Assembly (NCBI GenBank): GCA_043817235.1
Contig: JBDRHA010000003.1
Coordinates: 1-61,429, forward strand
From: Candidatus Shapirobacteria bacterium
GTDB taxonomy: Bacteria > Patescibacteriota > Microgenomatia > UBA12405 > BS750m-G30
Direction: 5' to 3'
DNA length: 61,429 nucleotides
The translations under genes and the position numbers were made by a program. Below, in pieces: positions 25,942-35,519 of the stretch. The notes below the pieces were generated by a model. It saw nothing but the letters and a program-made list of their open reading frames with translations. It ran no database searches and was not told where the DNA came from. Numbering within the stretch: the first letter of the stretch is position 1; each line of letters opens with the position of its first letter.

Positions 25942-27663
25942 TTAGTACTTAATTACCCGTAATATTTCTTCTAAAGTAGTAATCCCTTCAATTGCTTTTA
26001 AATAACCGTCTTGGCCCATCGTAAGCATGCCGGCCTTCACCGCCGATTTTTGAATTTCGCCACCAGCTGACCTTTGCAAGGTCAGCTTGGCAATTTCGTC
26101 GTTCATTAAAAAAACTTCAAATATTCCCACCCGACCATAATAGCCGGTTTTCCCGCATTCTTCGCACCCTTTGCCCCGATAAAGCTTTATTTCTTTTTGC
26201 CTTGCTTCATCTAAATAAGAACCCAAAACTTTTTTTATACCTTCCGCCACTTCTGGCGGAGGAGCATATTCTTCTTTGCAATGAGTGCAAATTTTTCTTA
26301 CTACCCGCTGAGCAACTATCGCGTTTAAAGAAGAAACCAGCAAAAAAGACTCGGTTTTCATATCCAAAAGCCGGGGAATCGCTCCGGCGGCATCGTTAGT
26401 GTGCAGAGTAGAAAAAACCAGGTGGCCGGTTAGAGCCGCATGCACTGCCAAAGCAGCTGTTTCTTCATCCCGAATTTCGCCAACCATAATAATATCCGGA
26501 TCCTGGCGCAAAAAAGAACGCATGGCCGAAGAGAAAGTCAGCCCGGCCCGAGGATTAACCTGAACCTGATTAACACCCCCAATCTGATACTCTACCGGAT
26601 CTTCGATAGTCATCACGTTTACCTTAGTAGTGCTTATTTTGGAAAGAGCCGAATAAAGAGTAGTTGTTTTTCCGGAACCGGTTGGCCCGCAAACAATAAT
26701 AATCCCGTGCGGACGAGAAATAGCCTCATTAAAATCGCGCAAAGCTTTGCCTCGCAGTCCCAGCTCAGGCAGATCAGGAATTTTTTGGGATTTTTTCAAA
26801 AGCCGCATCACTACCTTTTCCCCGAAAACAGTTGGGGCTGTGGAAACCCGTAGATCTACTTCCTGACTATCGGCAGTAAAATTAAACCGGCCATCCTGAG
26901 GCACCCTTTTCTCGTCAATTTTTAGGTCAGAAAGAATTTTAATCCGAGAAACAACTGCCTCATGAATCCTTTTGGGCAAAAGCAGTTTCTCCTGTAAAAT
27001 TCCGTCTATCCGGTAGCGAACACGAGTTTCGTCTTCTTCCGGCTCAATGTGTACATCCGAAGCCCGAGCTTTCATCGCAAACTCCAAAATAATAGAAACT
27101 ACCTTGGCAATTGGCGCCTCTTTAATAACGTCATCCAGGTGGCCAAGATCCGGGGTTGCTGTTTTATTCTCCGGACTGGTGGACTTAAGCGCTTCAGTAA
27201 CCTCTTCTGTAATTTCCTGAGCATAACCCTGTTTAATCGCATTAGTGATTTGCTCCGGGTCAGCCAAATGAGCAATTACCTTAAGGTCTGTCTTTTTTTC
27301 CAAAAAATCAATTGTTTCCAGGTCTAAAGGATTAGCCATGGCAACTAGCAGAGTTTTTTTTGCCAAGTCAATATCAAAAGGGACCAGGCGATAATGTTCG
27401 GCCAAATTTTTGGGTACTTGTTCAAAACTTTGAGGAGAAAAAGCCGCAGACGAAAGGTCAATAAAGGGCACCTTCCAAAACTCAGCTTTAGCTTTAAGCA
27501 AGTCGGTGATATTCACCCAGCCTTTTTGCTGTAAGATAACTTCTTCTCTTTGTCCACCGCTAAGATGAAGAAGACGCGCTTCCTCCGCTTGTTTTTGATC
27601 AATCAATTGCTTTTGCAAGAGAATCCCAACCAGGTCATCGCTCTTTTCGGGCAGTTTTACCAT
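25942..27663 (-). CDS. pilB: Assembly ATPase PilB (GspE family)
   Basis: N-terminal T2SSE_N domain, Walker A GPTGSGKTT, tetracysteine CTHC...CEECGKTGY. Confidence 0.9.
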   Translation of the reverse strand: MVKLPEKSDDLVGILLQKQLIDQKQAEEARLLHLSGGQREEVILQQKGWVNITDLLKAKAEFWKVPFIDLSSAAFSPQSFEQVPKNLAEHYRLVPFDIDLAKKTLLVAMANPLDLETIDFLEKKTDLKVIAHLADPEQITNAIKQGYAQEITEEVTEALKSTSPENKTATPDLGHLDDVIKEAPIAKVVSIILEFAMKARASDVHIEPEEDETRVRYRIDGILQEKLLLPKRIHEAVVSRIKILSDLKIDEKRVPQDGRFNFTADSQEVDLRVSTAPTVFGEKVVMRLLKKSQKIPDLPELGLRGKALRDFNEAISRPHGIIIVCGPTGSGKTTTLYSALSKISTTKVNVMTIEDPVEYQIGGVNQVQVNPRAGLTFSSAMRSFLRQDPDIIMVGEIRDEETAALAVHAALTGHLVFSTLHTNDAAGAIPRLLDMKTESFLLVSSLNAIVAQRVVRKICTHCKEEYAPPPEVAEGIKKVLGSYLDEARQKEIKLYRGKGCEECGKTGYYGRVGIFEVFLMNDEIAKLTLQRSAGGEIQKSAVKAGMLTMGQDGYLKAIEGITTLEEILRVIKY

Positions 27664-27703
27664 CTTCCTTACATCTTAAAGCTAAATGCGGTAAAATGTC
27701 AAT

Positions 27704-28351
27704 GTGGTTTTACCAAAATTAACCTCCGGAGCTTATTTAATAATCAGCCAACCAAAGGATTTCTTAAAAATTTCTGCATCTTTATTAAAAGAAAAAGATC
27801 TAAGTTTTACCAATAACCCAGACTGGCTTTTTTTAGATTCTCCCCAAACTGGAATTGACGAAATTAGAAAGCTAAAAAATTTTTTTAACCAAAAAAAATG
27901 GGGAACAGGTAAAAGAATTGTCTTTATCGCTCATGGCCAGGGATTAAGCCAAGAAGCGCAAAATGCCTTACTCAAAACCCTAGAAGAACTAAGAGAGAAT
28001 AACTTTGTTTTTATTGGGGCAACCAATCCCACTCTTCTTCTTCCCACTATAATCTCCCGCAGCCAAGTAATTTTCCCGCCAGCAAACAAAATCAGCACCC
28101 AAGCTAAGCCCCTAAGCTTAGAAAAAATTACTAAGCTTCCTATTCCGGAAAGATTTTTATATTTTGACAAGAACTTTAATTCTGACATTCTTTTTTCTAC
28201 TATTATTTTTTATCAAAAAAAGCTGGTTAAAAAGAAAAGGGGACTAAAGCGAATAAAAAAATGGCTGGAGTCTTGCCTTCGGGCTCAAGTCATGCTGGAG
28301 GCTAATCTTCGGCCGGAAACAGTTGTTGATTGGCTCCTTTTAAACCTTTAA
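27704..28351 (+). CDS. holB: DNA polymerase III delta-prime-like clamp-loader subunit
   Basis: SQEAQNALLKTLEE, FVFIGATNPTLLLPTIISRSQV; GTG start; short (215 aa). Confidence 0.6.
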   Translation: MVLPKLTSGAYLIISQPKDFLKISASLLKEKDLSFTNNPDWLFLDSPQTGIDEIRKLKNFFNQKKWGTGKRIVFIAHGQGLSQEAQNALLKTLEELRENNFVFIGATNPTLLLPTIISRSQVIFPPANKISTQAKPLSLEKITKLPIPERFLYFDKNFNSDILFSTIIFYQKKLVKKKRGLKRIKKWLESCLRAQVMLEANLRPETVVDWLLLNL

Positions 28352-28373
28352 AATGTAACATGATAATTATCAG

Positions 28374-28409
28374 AAAGATTGCCACGCCCCTCCGGGGCTC
28401 GCAATGACA
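28374..28409. repeat. Solo right half of the GTCATTGCGAG-type palindromic element
   Basis: agattgccacgcccctccggggctcgcaatgaca; compare ggcaatct and gtcattgcgagc in the element at 165-275. Confidence 0.55.
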
Positions 28410-28419
28410 GCAACTAACA

Positions 28420-29550
28420 ATGTATAAGCCAAAATTTCAAATAAATAACGCCATTCTCGCCAATATCTCCCAAATAGAGGGAGCTCGGGCAATTATTAAT
28501 GCCGCACCTTTAGTCCCTGCTTATGAAAGGCAATTTCGGCAGGAAGCAATTACTAAAACTGTCCACTATGCCACTAAGCTGGAAGGCAACGACCTTTCTT
28601 TTGAGCAGGTAGCCAAAGTTATTGAAGGAAAGTCTTTGCCCGGCTTTGAAAGAGATGTTCAAGAGGTCATTAATTACCGGCAAGTGATCAAATATTTGGA
28701 GGAGCTGCTTGCTCTTCATGAGCAAAAACTGCCTCTTCCCGGAGAAAATATTGACCCTCAAGAAAAAATGGACCAGGCAAAGGTGGATTTTCGCTACTCC
28801 GAAGAAATGCTTAAACGGGTCTATCAGCTGGTAGTGCAAATGGTTATTGCTCCGGAACAAGCTCAAGATTACCGGAAAGCCCAGGTGGTCTTGGAAAATA
28901 CGCGTACGGGAGAGGTTGTTTTTCGCCCGCCGCCCAGCCCGGAAGTTCCTTACTTGATTAAAAATTTTTTTGAATGGATCAATTCTTCTTTGACTAAAGA
29001 TCTTCATCCGGTCATCCGCGCCGGAGTTAGCCACTATGCTCTAGTTGCCATCCATCCTTTTATTGAAGGGAACGGAAGAACAGCCCGCGCCTTTTCTACC
29101 CTGGTTTTAATGGTAGAAAGTTACGATATCCGGGGGCTTTTTGCCTTGGAAGAGTATTTTGACCGCAATGCCGGTGAATACTATCGTTCTTTGCAATCGG
29201 TTTCTTCCCAACCCCTGCCCCTGCCAGATCATGATTTAACCAATTGGCTGGATTATTTCACCAAAGCCCTGGCGGTAGAGCTTATTAAAATCAAAGAGAA
29301 AGTAGAGCGGCTGTCCTCGGATATTCGCCTGAAACAAAAACTGGGGGGAAAACAGCTTCCCTTAAGCGAAAGACAGGTTAAGTTGATTGAGTATATGCGT
29401 CAATTCGGGGGCTTGAGAATTACCGATGCCAAAGAGCTTTTCCCAATGATTTCCCAAGATACAATTTGGCGCGACTTAAAAAAACTAATCAAAGACAAAA
29501 TCGTGGTCAAAAAAGGGTCAACTAAAGGGGCCTATTACACTCTGGTTTAA
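28420..29550 (+). CDS. Fic family protein (AMPylase-type) with C-terminal winged-helix-like domain
   Basis: HPFIEGNGRTARAF = Fic motif HPFxxGNGRxxR; N-terminal YATKLEGN resembles the inhibitory-helix motif. Confidence 0.9.
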   Translation: MYKPKFQINNAILANISQIEGARAIINAAPLVPAYERQFRQEAITKTVHYATKLEGNDLSFEQVAKVIEGKSLPGFERDVQEVINYRQVIKYLEELLALHEQKLPLPGENIDPQEKMDQAKVDFRYSEEMLKRVYQLVVQMVIAPEQAQDYRKAQVVLENTRTGEVVFRPPPSPEVPYLIKNFFEWINSSLTKDLHPVIRAGVSHYALVAIHPFIEGNGRTARAFSTLVLMVESYDIRGLFALEEYFDRNAGEYYRSLQSVSSQPLPLPDHDLTNWLDYFTKALAVELIKIKEKVERLSSDIRLKQKLGGKQLPLSERQVKLIEYMRQFGGLRITDAKELFPMISQDTIWRDLKKLIKDKIVVKKGSTKGAYYTLV

Positions 29551-29554
29551 TAAA

Positions 29555-31342
29555 ATGAAACTAAGCCAATTTTCCCATTTCTTAGAAAAACTAGAAAAAA
29601 CAAGCGAGCGGATTAAAATGACCGAAATCCTAGCCGCTCTTTTTACTAAAGCCAAAAAAAAAGAGATAGATAAAATCGTTTATTTATCACTTGGCCGGCT
29701 AATGCCTTCTTTTGCGGGGATTGAATTTAATATTGCCGAAAAAATGATGATCAAAATCATTGCCTCGGCTTTTAATAAAGAGGTGAAAGAAGTTCAAGAG
29801 GAGGTTAAAAAAAGCGGAGACCTGGGAGAAACCGTTTTTGAATACAAAAAGCAAGTTAAAAGCCAAGCTTCAACCCTGAGCGTCAGCCAAGCTTATGACA
29901 AACTTATGCAAATTGCTAATGAAGGGGGAGCCGGAAGCCAAGAGAGAAAAATAAAATTAATGGCCGAGCTTATCAAAGAAAGCGATGCTTCCTCCTCTAA
30001 ATATATCGTCAGAATCCCGATCGGCCGGCTGCGTCTCGGCTTTTCAGACATGACTGTTCTAGATGCCCTCTCTTGGATGGAAAAAGAAGATAAGAGCTTA
30101 AGACCTAAAATTGAGGCGGCTTACAGCATCGCTGCGGACACCGGCTTAATTGCCAAAACTTTTAAAGCTAGGGGCCTTTCGGGCCTTAAAAAAATCAGAT
30201 CTCAGCCCGGTATCCCGATTCTGCCCGCCCGAGCTGAGCGCTTGCCTGATGTTCAAAGCATTATTGACAAGCTGGGAAAATGCGCCCTGGAGCCGAAAAT
30301 TGACGGTTTTCGAGTTCAAATTCATCTAGATCGCCAGCTCCCCGGAAAAAAATTAATTAAAAAACAAGCCCATCTTTGGGAAGATAAAGAAAATAAGTTT
30401 TTCTTAAAAATATTTTCCCGCAATTTGGAAGATACCACCAATATGTTTCCGGATATTGCTCTTGCCTGCCAGCATCTTCTTTCTCAAAAGAAAAACCTAA
30501 GAAATTGTATTTTAGACGGAGAAGCGGTGGGCATGAATTTTCAAACTGGAAAACCCTTTTCTTTTCAAAAAACAGCCCAAAGAAAAAGAAAATATGATAT
30601 TAAAAAAACAAGCGAGGACATTCCTTTGGTAGTTTTTGTTTTTGACCTTCTTTTTCATAATGATAAATTATTAATTAATAAAAAATTTCGCCAAAGAAGG
30701 AAACAGCTCGCAAGTCTATTAAATTTTAAGGGTAAAGATTTACGTTTAACTTTTCAAAAAATTGCCTCCAAACCAGAGCAAATAACCAAAGAATTTAATC
30801 GGGCCGTCAAAGGGGGATGGGAGGGGCTAATGGCCAAGCGATTATATGCTCCATACCGGCCCGGAGCCCGAAATTACAATTGGGTAAAATTCAAAAAAAG
30901 TACAGACAGCAAATTACTGGATACTTTAGACTGCCTGGTCCTTGGCTACTACCGAGGGAGGGGAAAAAGGGCTTCTTTTGGCATCGGCGCTTTTTTAGTG
31001 GGAGTACGTGATCCGGCTAAACAAGAATTTCCAACCATTGCCAAGATTGGAACAGGGCTGAGTGACAAGCAGTGGGTCAGCTTAAGAAAGAAATGTGACC
31101 AGGTAAAAGTTCGCGACCAACCAAAGCAGTACATCGTTGATAAAAATTTATTTCCCGATATTTGGTGCGAGCCTCAAATTGTCGTGGAAATAGCCGCTGA
31201 TGAAATTACCAAATCTCCAATTCACAAAGCAGGCATTGGCTTGGCTCTACGCTTCCCCCGGCTAAAAAGATTTCGAGACAAAAATCCGGAAGACATCACC
31301 ACCATTAAGGAGGTTCAGAAACTCTATCAAAAACAAAAATGA
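29555..31342 (+). CDS. lig: ATP-dependent DNA ligase (archaeal/eukaryotic LigI-like, with N-terminal DNA-binding domain)
   Basis: EPKIDGFRVQIH (KxDG adenylation motif), ILDGEAV, VFVFDLLF, EGLMAK, NWVKFKK OB-domain motif. Confidence 0.85.
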   Translation: MKLSQFSHFLEKLEKTSERIKMTEILAALFTKAKKKEIDKIVYLSLGRLMPSFAGIEFNIAEKMMIKIIASAFNKEVKEVQEEVKKSGDLGETVFEYKKQVKSQASTLSVSQAYDKLMQIANEGGAGSQERKIKLMAELIKESDASSSKYIVRIPIGRLRLGFSDMTVLDALSWMEKEDKSLRPKIEAAYSIAADTGLIAKTFKARGLSGLKKIRSQPGIPILPARAERLPDVQSIIDKLGKCALEPKIDGFRVQIHLDRQLPGKKLIKKQAHLWEDKENKFFLKIFSRNLEDTTNMFPDIALACQHLLSQKKNLRNCILDGEAVGMNFQTGKPFSFQKTAQRKRKYDIKKTSEDIPLVVFVFDLLFHNDKLLINKKFRQRRKQLASLLNFKGKDLRLTFQKIASKPEQITKEFNRAVKGGWEGLMAKRLYAPYRPGARNYNWVKFKKSTDSKLLDTLDCLVLGYYRGRGKRASFGIGAFLVGVRDPAKQEFPTIAKIGTGLSDKQWVSLRKKCDQVKVRDQPKQYIVDKNLFPDIWCEPQIVVEIAADEITKSPIHKAGIGLALRFPRLKRFRDKNPEDITTIKEVQKLYQKQK

Positions 31343-32289
31343 TTATTCTTCAAATAGTTGCTTTAGCTGTTTTATTTGGGCTCCTTTCCTTATCCACCCG
31401 TTTGCTTATAGATTCTTTCAAAAAAATTACTTCCCAGCTCAAAATAGGGGAATATGCTTTATCTAACTTAATTATTGCCACCGGCACCTCTATTCCCGAG
31501 CTAATTATTGCTCTTGAGTGCGTTGCGAAAAACAAACCGGATCTTTCTTTTGGTAATGTTTTGGGGAGCAATATTGCCGACCTTTCTTTGGTTATCGGCG
31601 GAGCTACTTTGCTTTCCGGAAGTCTAAAGGTGGTGGGCTCGGTTGTTAAACATGATATTTACTATGCTTTTCTGATTTCGGCTGCCCCTCTTTTGCTTAT
31701 CAGCGATGGAGTTCTTTCCCGCCCGGATGGGGTAATTTTGCTTTCTTTGTATTTTGCCTGGCAAGCGCTAATGTTTGCCAAAAAAAGCAGGAAGAAGACT
31801 AGTTTTTGGAGTAATTTAAAAGAAAAAGCAATGGCAGTTTTCATTGTTCCTCGGCCAATAATAACCCTTATTATTAGTATTGCTCTGCTGATAGGATCAG
31901 CTGACTTTTTAGTAAAAATATCTCTTAATTTAGCACGCGAGCTTCATATTCCCGACTTTATTTTAGGCGTATTTATTTTAGGGGTGGGAAGTTCACTACC
32001 GGAGCTAGCTTTTGAATCTCGGGCCATAAAAAATAAAGAATCGGCTATTGCCCTAGGCGACTTGCTGGGCTCTATTGTGGCTAATGCCTCCTTAATTTTG
32101 GGAATAACCGCAGTTTTGGCGCCTATCACAATCTTTAGGCCTCAGCAATATTTTACAATTACTTTATATTTCTTAATTACCTTTTTTCTTTTTTATACTT
32201 TTATTAAAACAAAGCACATTTTAGAGCGCTGGGAAGCGGCTTTCTTAGTCGCCAGCTATTTTATTCTTCTTGCCCTAGAATTTGGTTAA
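31339..32289 (+). CDS. Ca2+/cation antiporter (CaCA family, YrbG-like)
   Basis: Two alpha-repeats GNVLGSNIADLSLVIG and GDLLGSIVANASLILG; about 10 TM segments. Confidence 0.8.
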   Translation: MIILQIVALAVLFGLLSLSTRLLIDSFKKITSQLKIGEYALSNLIIATGTSIPELIIALECVAKNKPDLSFGNVLGSNIADLSLVIGGATLLSGSLKVVGSVVKHDIYYAFLISAAPLLLISDGVLSRPDGVILLSLYFAWQALMFAKKSRKKTSFWSNLKEKAMAVFIVPRPIITLIISIALLIGSADFLVKISLNLARELHIPDFILGVFILGVGSSLPELAFESRAIKNKESAIALGDLLGSIVANASLILGITAVLAPITIFRPQQYFTITLYFLITFFLFYTFIKTKHILERWEAAFLVASYFILLALEFG

Positions 32290-32291
32290 GC

Positions 32292-33566
32292 GTGAAAAAA
32301 ATTATTGCTGACCTGCATCTCCACTCAAAATACTCCAGAGCCGTCAGCCAGGAAATGGTTTTAGAAAACATGACTGATTGGGCTAAAATAAAAGGTTTAA
32401 ATTTATTAGCCGCTCCCGATTTTACTCATCCTCTTTGGTTTAAAGAGCTGAAAAACAAACTTAAATTAAAAAGCAGAGGAGTCTATTGTTTAAAAAACGC
32501 ACCCGAGATAGGATTTATTGTCAGCGGTGAAATTTCTTCCATTTACTCCCAAAACGGCAAGACCCGGCGAATTCATAACTTAGTTTTTGCTCCTGACCTG
32601 GACAGCGCTTTTAAAATTAATAAAGCCTTGCTCCGGGCGGGAGCTAATCTTTCCTCAGATGGCCGGCCAATAATTGGCCTTTCTTCAATCCAGCTAGCAG
32701 ACTTGGTTCTTAGTGCTAATCCCGAATGCTTAATTATCCCTGCACATATTTGGACTCCCTGGTTTTCTCTTTATGGATCTCGCTCCGGTTTTGACTCACT
32801 CCAGGAGTGTTTTGGCCAATACGCAAACAATATTTTCGCCATTGAAACCGGAATAAGCAGTGACCCAAAAATGAACTGGCCAATAAAAGATCTTGAAAAC
32901 TTATCTATTTTAAGTTTTTCCGATGCCCATTCCCTGCCCAAAATCGGCCGGGAAGCAACTATTTTTAAAACCAAAAACAAAAAAGGTCTTGATTTTACTT
33001 ATTCTGATCTAGCCTTAGCAGTAAAAAGAGACAAGGCCGCCCGATGGCATATTTCTTCAACCATAGAATTTTACCCTGAAGAAGGAAGGTATCATTATGA
33101 CGGCCACCGTAAATGCAAAATAAGGCGCTCGCCTGAAGAAACCCGGAAAAAGGGCAATATTTGCCCTGTTTGCGCCAAGTCTCTAACTTTAGGAGTTGCT
33201 TATCAAGTGGCCAAAATAGCGAATTTGGGCGGATCAGCTTCTTTCCAAAAAAGACCTCCTTTTATCACTGTCATCCCTTTACTAGAAATCATTGCCGAGG
33301 TAGAGCAAGTGGGAGCAAACAGCAAGAGAGTAAAAGAAAAATATAGCCGAATGGTAAAATCATTAGGAAGCGAAATTGATGTTTTGCTTAATGTATCATT
33401 AGAAAAAATTAAGAACCTTTTTGGTTTAAGAATGAGCGAAGCAATTGAAAGAAACCGACTAGGCAAAATCAGCATTGACCCGGGATTTGATGGTCAGTTT
33501 GGGAAAGTTAATATTTGGCCAAAAAAAGGCGAGAGCCTAGCTGAAAAACAAATTGCTTTGTTTTAA
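32292..33566 (+). CDS. Endonuclease Q-like PHP-domain nuclease
   Basis: ADLHLHSKYSRA PHP start, IPAHIWTPWFSLYG, SFSDAHS, Zn-ribbon CKIRR...CPVCAKSLTLGV, PGFDGQFGKV end; length (424 aa) and order match my memory of archaeal EndoQ; GTG start. Confidence 0.6.
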   Translation: MKKIIADLHLHSKYSRAVSQEMVLENMTDWAKIKGLNLLAAPDFTHPLWFKELKNKLKLKSRGVYCLKNAPEIGFIVSGEISSIYSQNGKTRRIHNLVFAPDLDSAFKINKALLRAGANLSSDGRPIIGLSSIQLADLVLSANPECLIIPAHIWTPWFSLYGSRSGFDSLQECFGQYANNIFAIETGISSDPKMNWPIKDLENLSILSFSDAHSLPKIGREATIFKTKNKKGLDFTYSDLALAVKRDKAARWHISSTIEFYPEEGRYHYDGHRKCKIRRSPEETRKKGNICPVCAKSLTLGVAYQVAKIANLGGSASFQKRPPFITVIPLLEIIAEVEQVGANSKRVKEKYSRMVKSLGSEIDVLLNVSLEKIKNLFGLRMSEAIERNRLGKISIDPGFDGQFGKVNIWPKKGESLAEKQIALF

Positions 33567-33571
33567 ATAAG

Positions 33572-34225
33572 ATGTTTAAAAATCGCAATGATGCCGGGCA
33601 AAAACTGGCTTTAAAAATAAAAGAGGAGGAAAATTTAAATTTTTCCAACACCATTATTGTTTCCTTGCCTAGAGGGGGAACAGTTATCGGAGCCGCCTTG
33701 GCCGCCCTTTTGGACTTACCCCATTATCCTCTGGTCATCAGAAAAATTTCGCTTAAGCTTAATCCAGAATTAGCAATTGGAGCTATTGGCCAAACTCCAG
33801 ACAGCCTTTTCTTAAATAAAAAGCTAATAAATGAATTAGGAGCAGACCAAGAGGAAGTAAATACAGCAATAAAAGCAGCCCAGAAGGAAATTAAAGAAAT
33901 ACAAGAAAGAACAAAATTTACCCAGTTGCCGGATTTAAAAAATAAAGAAGTAATTATCACTGATGACGGCGCGGCTACAGGAGCGACCTTGCTAAGTGCT
34001 TTGCGCCAGGTTAAAAAATTAAGAGCAAGAAAAACAATTATCGCCCTGCCCGTTGCTCCGGCTGATACAGTTTCTTTTCTTAAAAAAGAAACTGACAGGG
34101 TAATCGTCCTTCTCCAGCCAAAAATGTTTTTTAGCGTGTCTGAGTTTTACCAGGATTTTCCCCAAGTTTCTTGGGATGAGGTGGGAAATTTGTTAAAATT
34201 ACAGGAGGGTTTACCTCGCCGATAA
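33572..34225 (+). CDS. Phosphoribosyltransferase-family protein
   Basis: PRPP-binding loop VIITDDGAATGATL. Confidence 0.7.
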   Translation: MFKNRNDAGQKLALKIKEEENLNFSNTIIVSLPRGGTVIGAALAALLDLPHYPLVIRKISLKLNPELAIGAIGQTPDSLFLNKKLINELGADQEEVNTAIKAAQKEIKEIQERTKFTQLPDLKNKEVIITDDGAATGATLLSALRQVKKLRARKTIIALPVAPADTVSFLKKETDRVIVLLQPKMFFSVSEFYQDFPQVSWDEVGNLLKLQEGLPRR

Positions 34226-34228
34226 GGC

Positions 34229-34299
34229 GGGCTTGTAGGTAAATGGCATACCGTACCCTTCGCATGGGTATATTCCGGGTTCGACTCCCGGCAAGTCCA
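34229..34299 (+). tRNA. tRNA-Ala (anticodon CGC), CCA not encoded
   Basis: Hand-folded: acceptor gggcttg/caagtcc with G3:U70, D stem ggta/tacc, anticodon stem taccc/gggta, loop ttCGCat, T arm ccggg-ttcgact-cccgg, discriminator A. Confidence 0.85.
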
Positions 34300-34363
34300 C
34301 TCTTCGACTCCCCTGACGTCTATTGCTAGTTTTTGCCAAAATTGTTACGATACTCATAGAACA

Positions 34364-35518
34364 ATGGGAACAACAAAAACTTTAAAGCTTTTAGATAACA
34401 TTCAGTTTATTTATGAACTAGCGTTAGCAAGATTAGAGCTGCAATCTTTTAATCCCGATCTAAGGGTCACCAATGACTTCAGGGAATTTGAGCTAAAAGA
34501 TGATGGGAATTTTGAGACACTCAAAAGAAGGCTCGCATATTTTAAGACGATAAACGGCAGTTACTCCGATTATTACTATCTACAAAAATACAATCAAACC
34601 AAATCAGTCAATCAATATCTAACCCACTGGATTTATCCATATAAGGGCAAATTCCACCCCCAAATGATTAGAGCCTTAATGAATATTATGAAAATCCAAA
34701 GAGGGGAAACATTATTTGATCCATTTGTTGGAAGCGGCACAGCTGTTTTGGAAGCCCAAATTTTGGGGATAAACGCAATAGGATTAGACATCAGCCCGCT
34801 TTGCGTTCTTATCTCAAAAGCAAAAACAGAATCTGTTGGTGTTCTTGATGAAATTAAAAAATATAAAGATTTTTATCTTTTCAAAAAAAGCGGAAAAGAA
34901 GCAAGCGATGAGAAAGTTAGAAATTTTTACAAAGTTGCCGAAATGATGGCCCATAGCGATCAATCAAGAAGAGGTAAAAATTTCCAGTCATCGTTTGTAA
35001 ACGATGCCCTAAAAATGATTGCATCTGTTGAGGATTACAGCAACGCCATTAAAAAGCAAAATTTAAAAATAGGGAAGACAAAAATTATACAGGGCGATAC
35101 TAGAAAAGTAAACCTGAAAGATGATTCTGTAGACGGAATTATTACATCCCCACCATACTCTATTGCTCTAAATTATGTGGCCAATGATGCCCACTCATTA
35201 GAAGCATTGGGTTATGATTTAGACAAGATAAAAGAAGACTTTATCGGAGTCCGTGGAACTGGATTAAATAAATTTGAGCTTTATGATAAAGATATGGAAA
35301 AGGCATATAGTGAAATGTTTAGGGTTTTGAAGAAAGATAAATATTGCGTGATAATCATAGGAAACGTAACATTCCAGGGCAAGGAAATAAATACAGCCCA
35401 GAATGTTATTGACTACTGCGAAAAAATAGGTTTTAAGACTATTAAAAAAATTGAGAAAATAATCTACGGACTTTATAACATTATGCAGAAAGAATATATT
35501 TTAATTTTTCAAAAATAA
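34364..35518 (+). CDS. DNA methyltransferase (N4-cytosine or N6-adenine type)
   Basis: AdoMet motif I FDPFVGSGTAVLEA and catalytic motif IV ITSPPYS about 135 aa apart; AT-rich gene next to a PD-ExK ORF. Confidence 0.7.
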   Translation: MGTTKTLKLLDNIQFIYELALARLELQSFNPDLRVTNDFREFELKDDGNFETLKRRLAYFKTINGSYSDYYYLQKYNQTKSVNQYLTHWIYPYKGKFHPQMIRALMNIMKIQRGETLFDPFVGSGTAVLEAQILGINAIGLDISPLCVLISKAKTESVGVLDEIKKYKDFYLFKKSGKEASDEKVRNFYKVAEMMAHSDQSRRGKNFQSSFVNDALKMIASVEDYSNAIKKQNLKIGKTKIIQGDTRKVNLKDDSVDGIITSPPYSIALNYVANDAHSLEALGYDLDKIKEDFIGVRGTGLNKFELYDKDMEKAYSEMFRVLKKDKYCVIIIGNVTFQGKEINTAQNVIDYCEKIGFKTIKKIEKIIYGLYNIMQKEYILIFQK

Positions 35519-35519
35519 T

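Noticed and set aside
26440-26853. 137-aa ORF antisense to pilB (similarly 12204-12581 versus recG, and 9284-9640, 9300-9626 and 9649-9951 versus PBP1A)
   Set aside because: Opposite-strand or off-frame shadows of strongly conserved genes.
28510-29034. 174-aa ORF antisense to fic
   Set aside because: Shadow ORF. The plus-strand frame carries the exact Fic motif and spans the full region.
34303-34312. 10-nt echo of the tRNA-Ala T-arm (ttcgactccc) as an att site
   Set aside because: It is too short to distinguish from chance, so I use it only as weak supporting context for the island.
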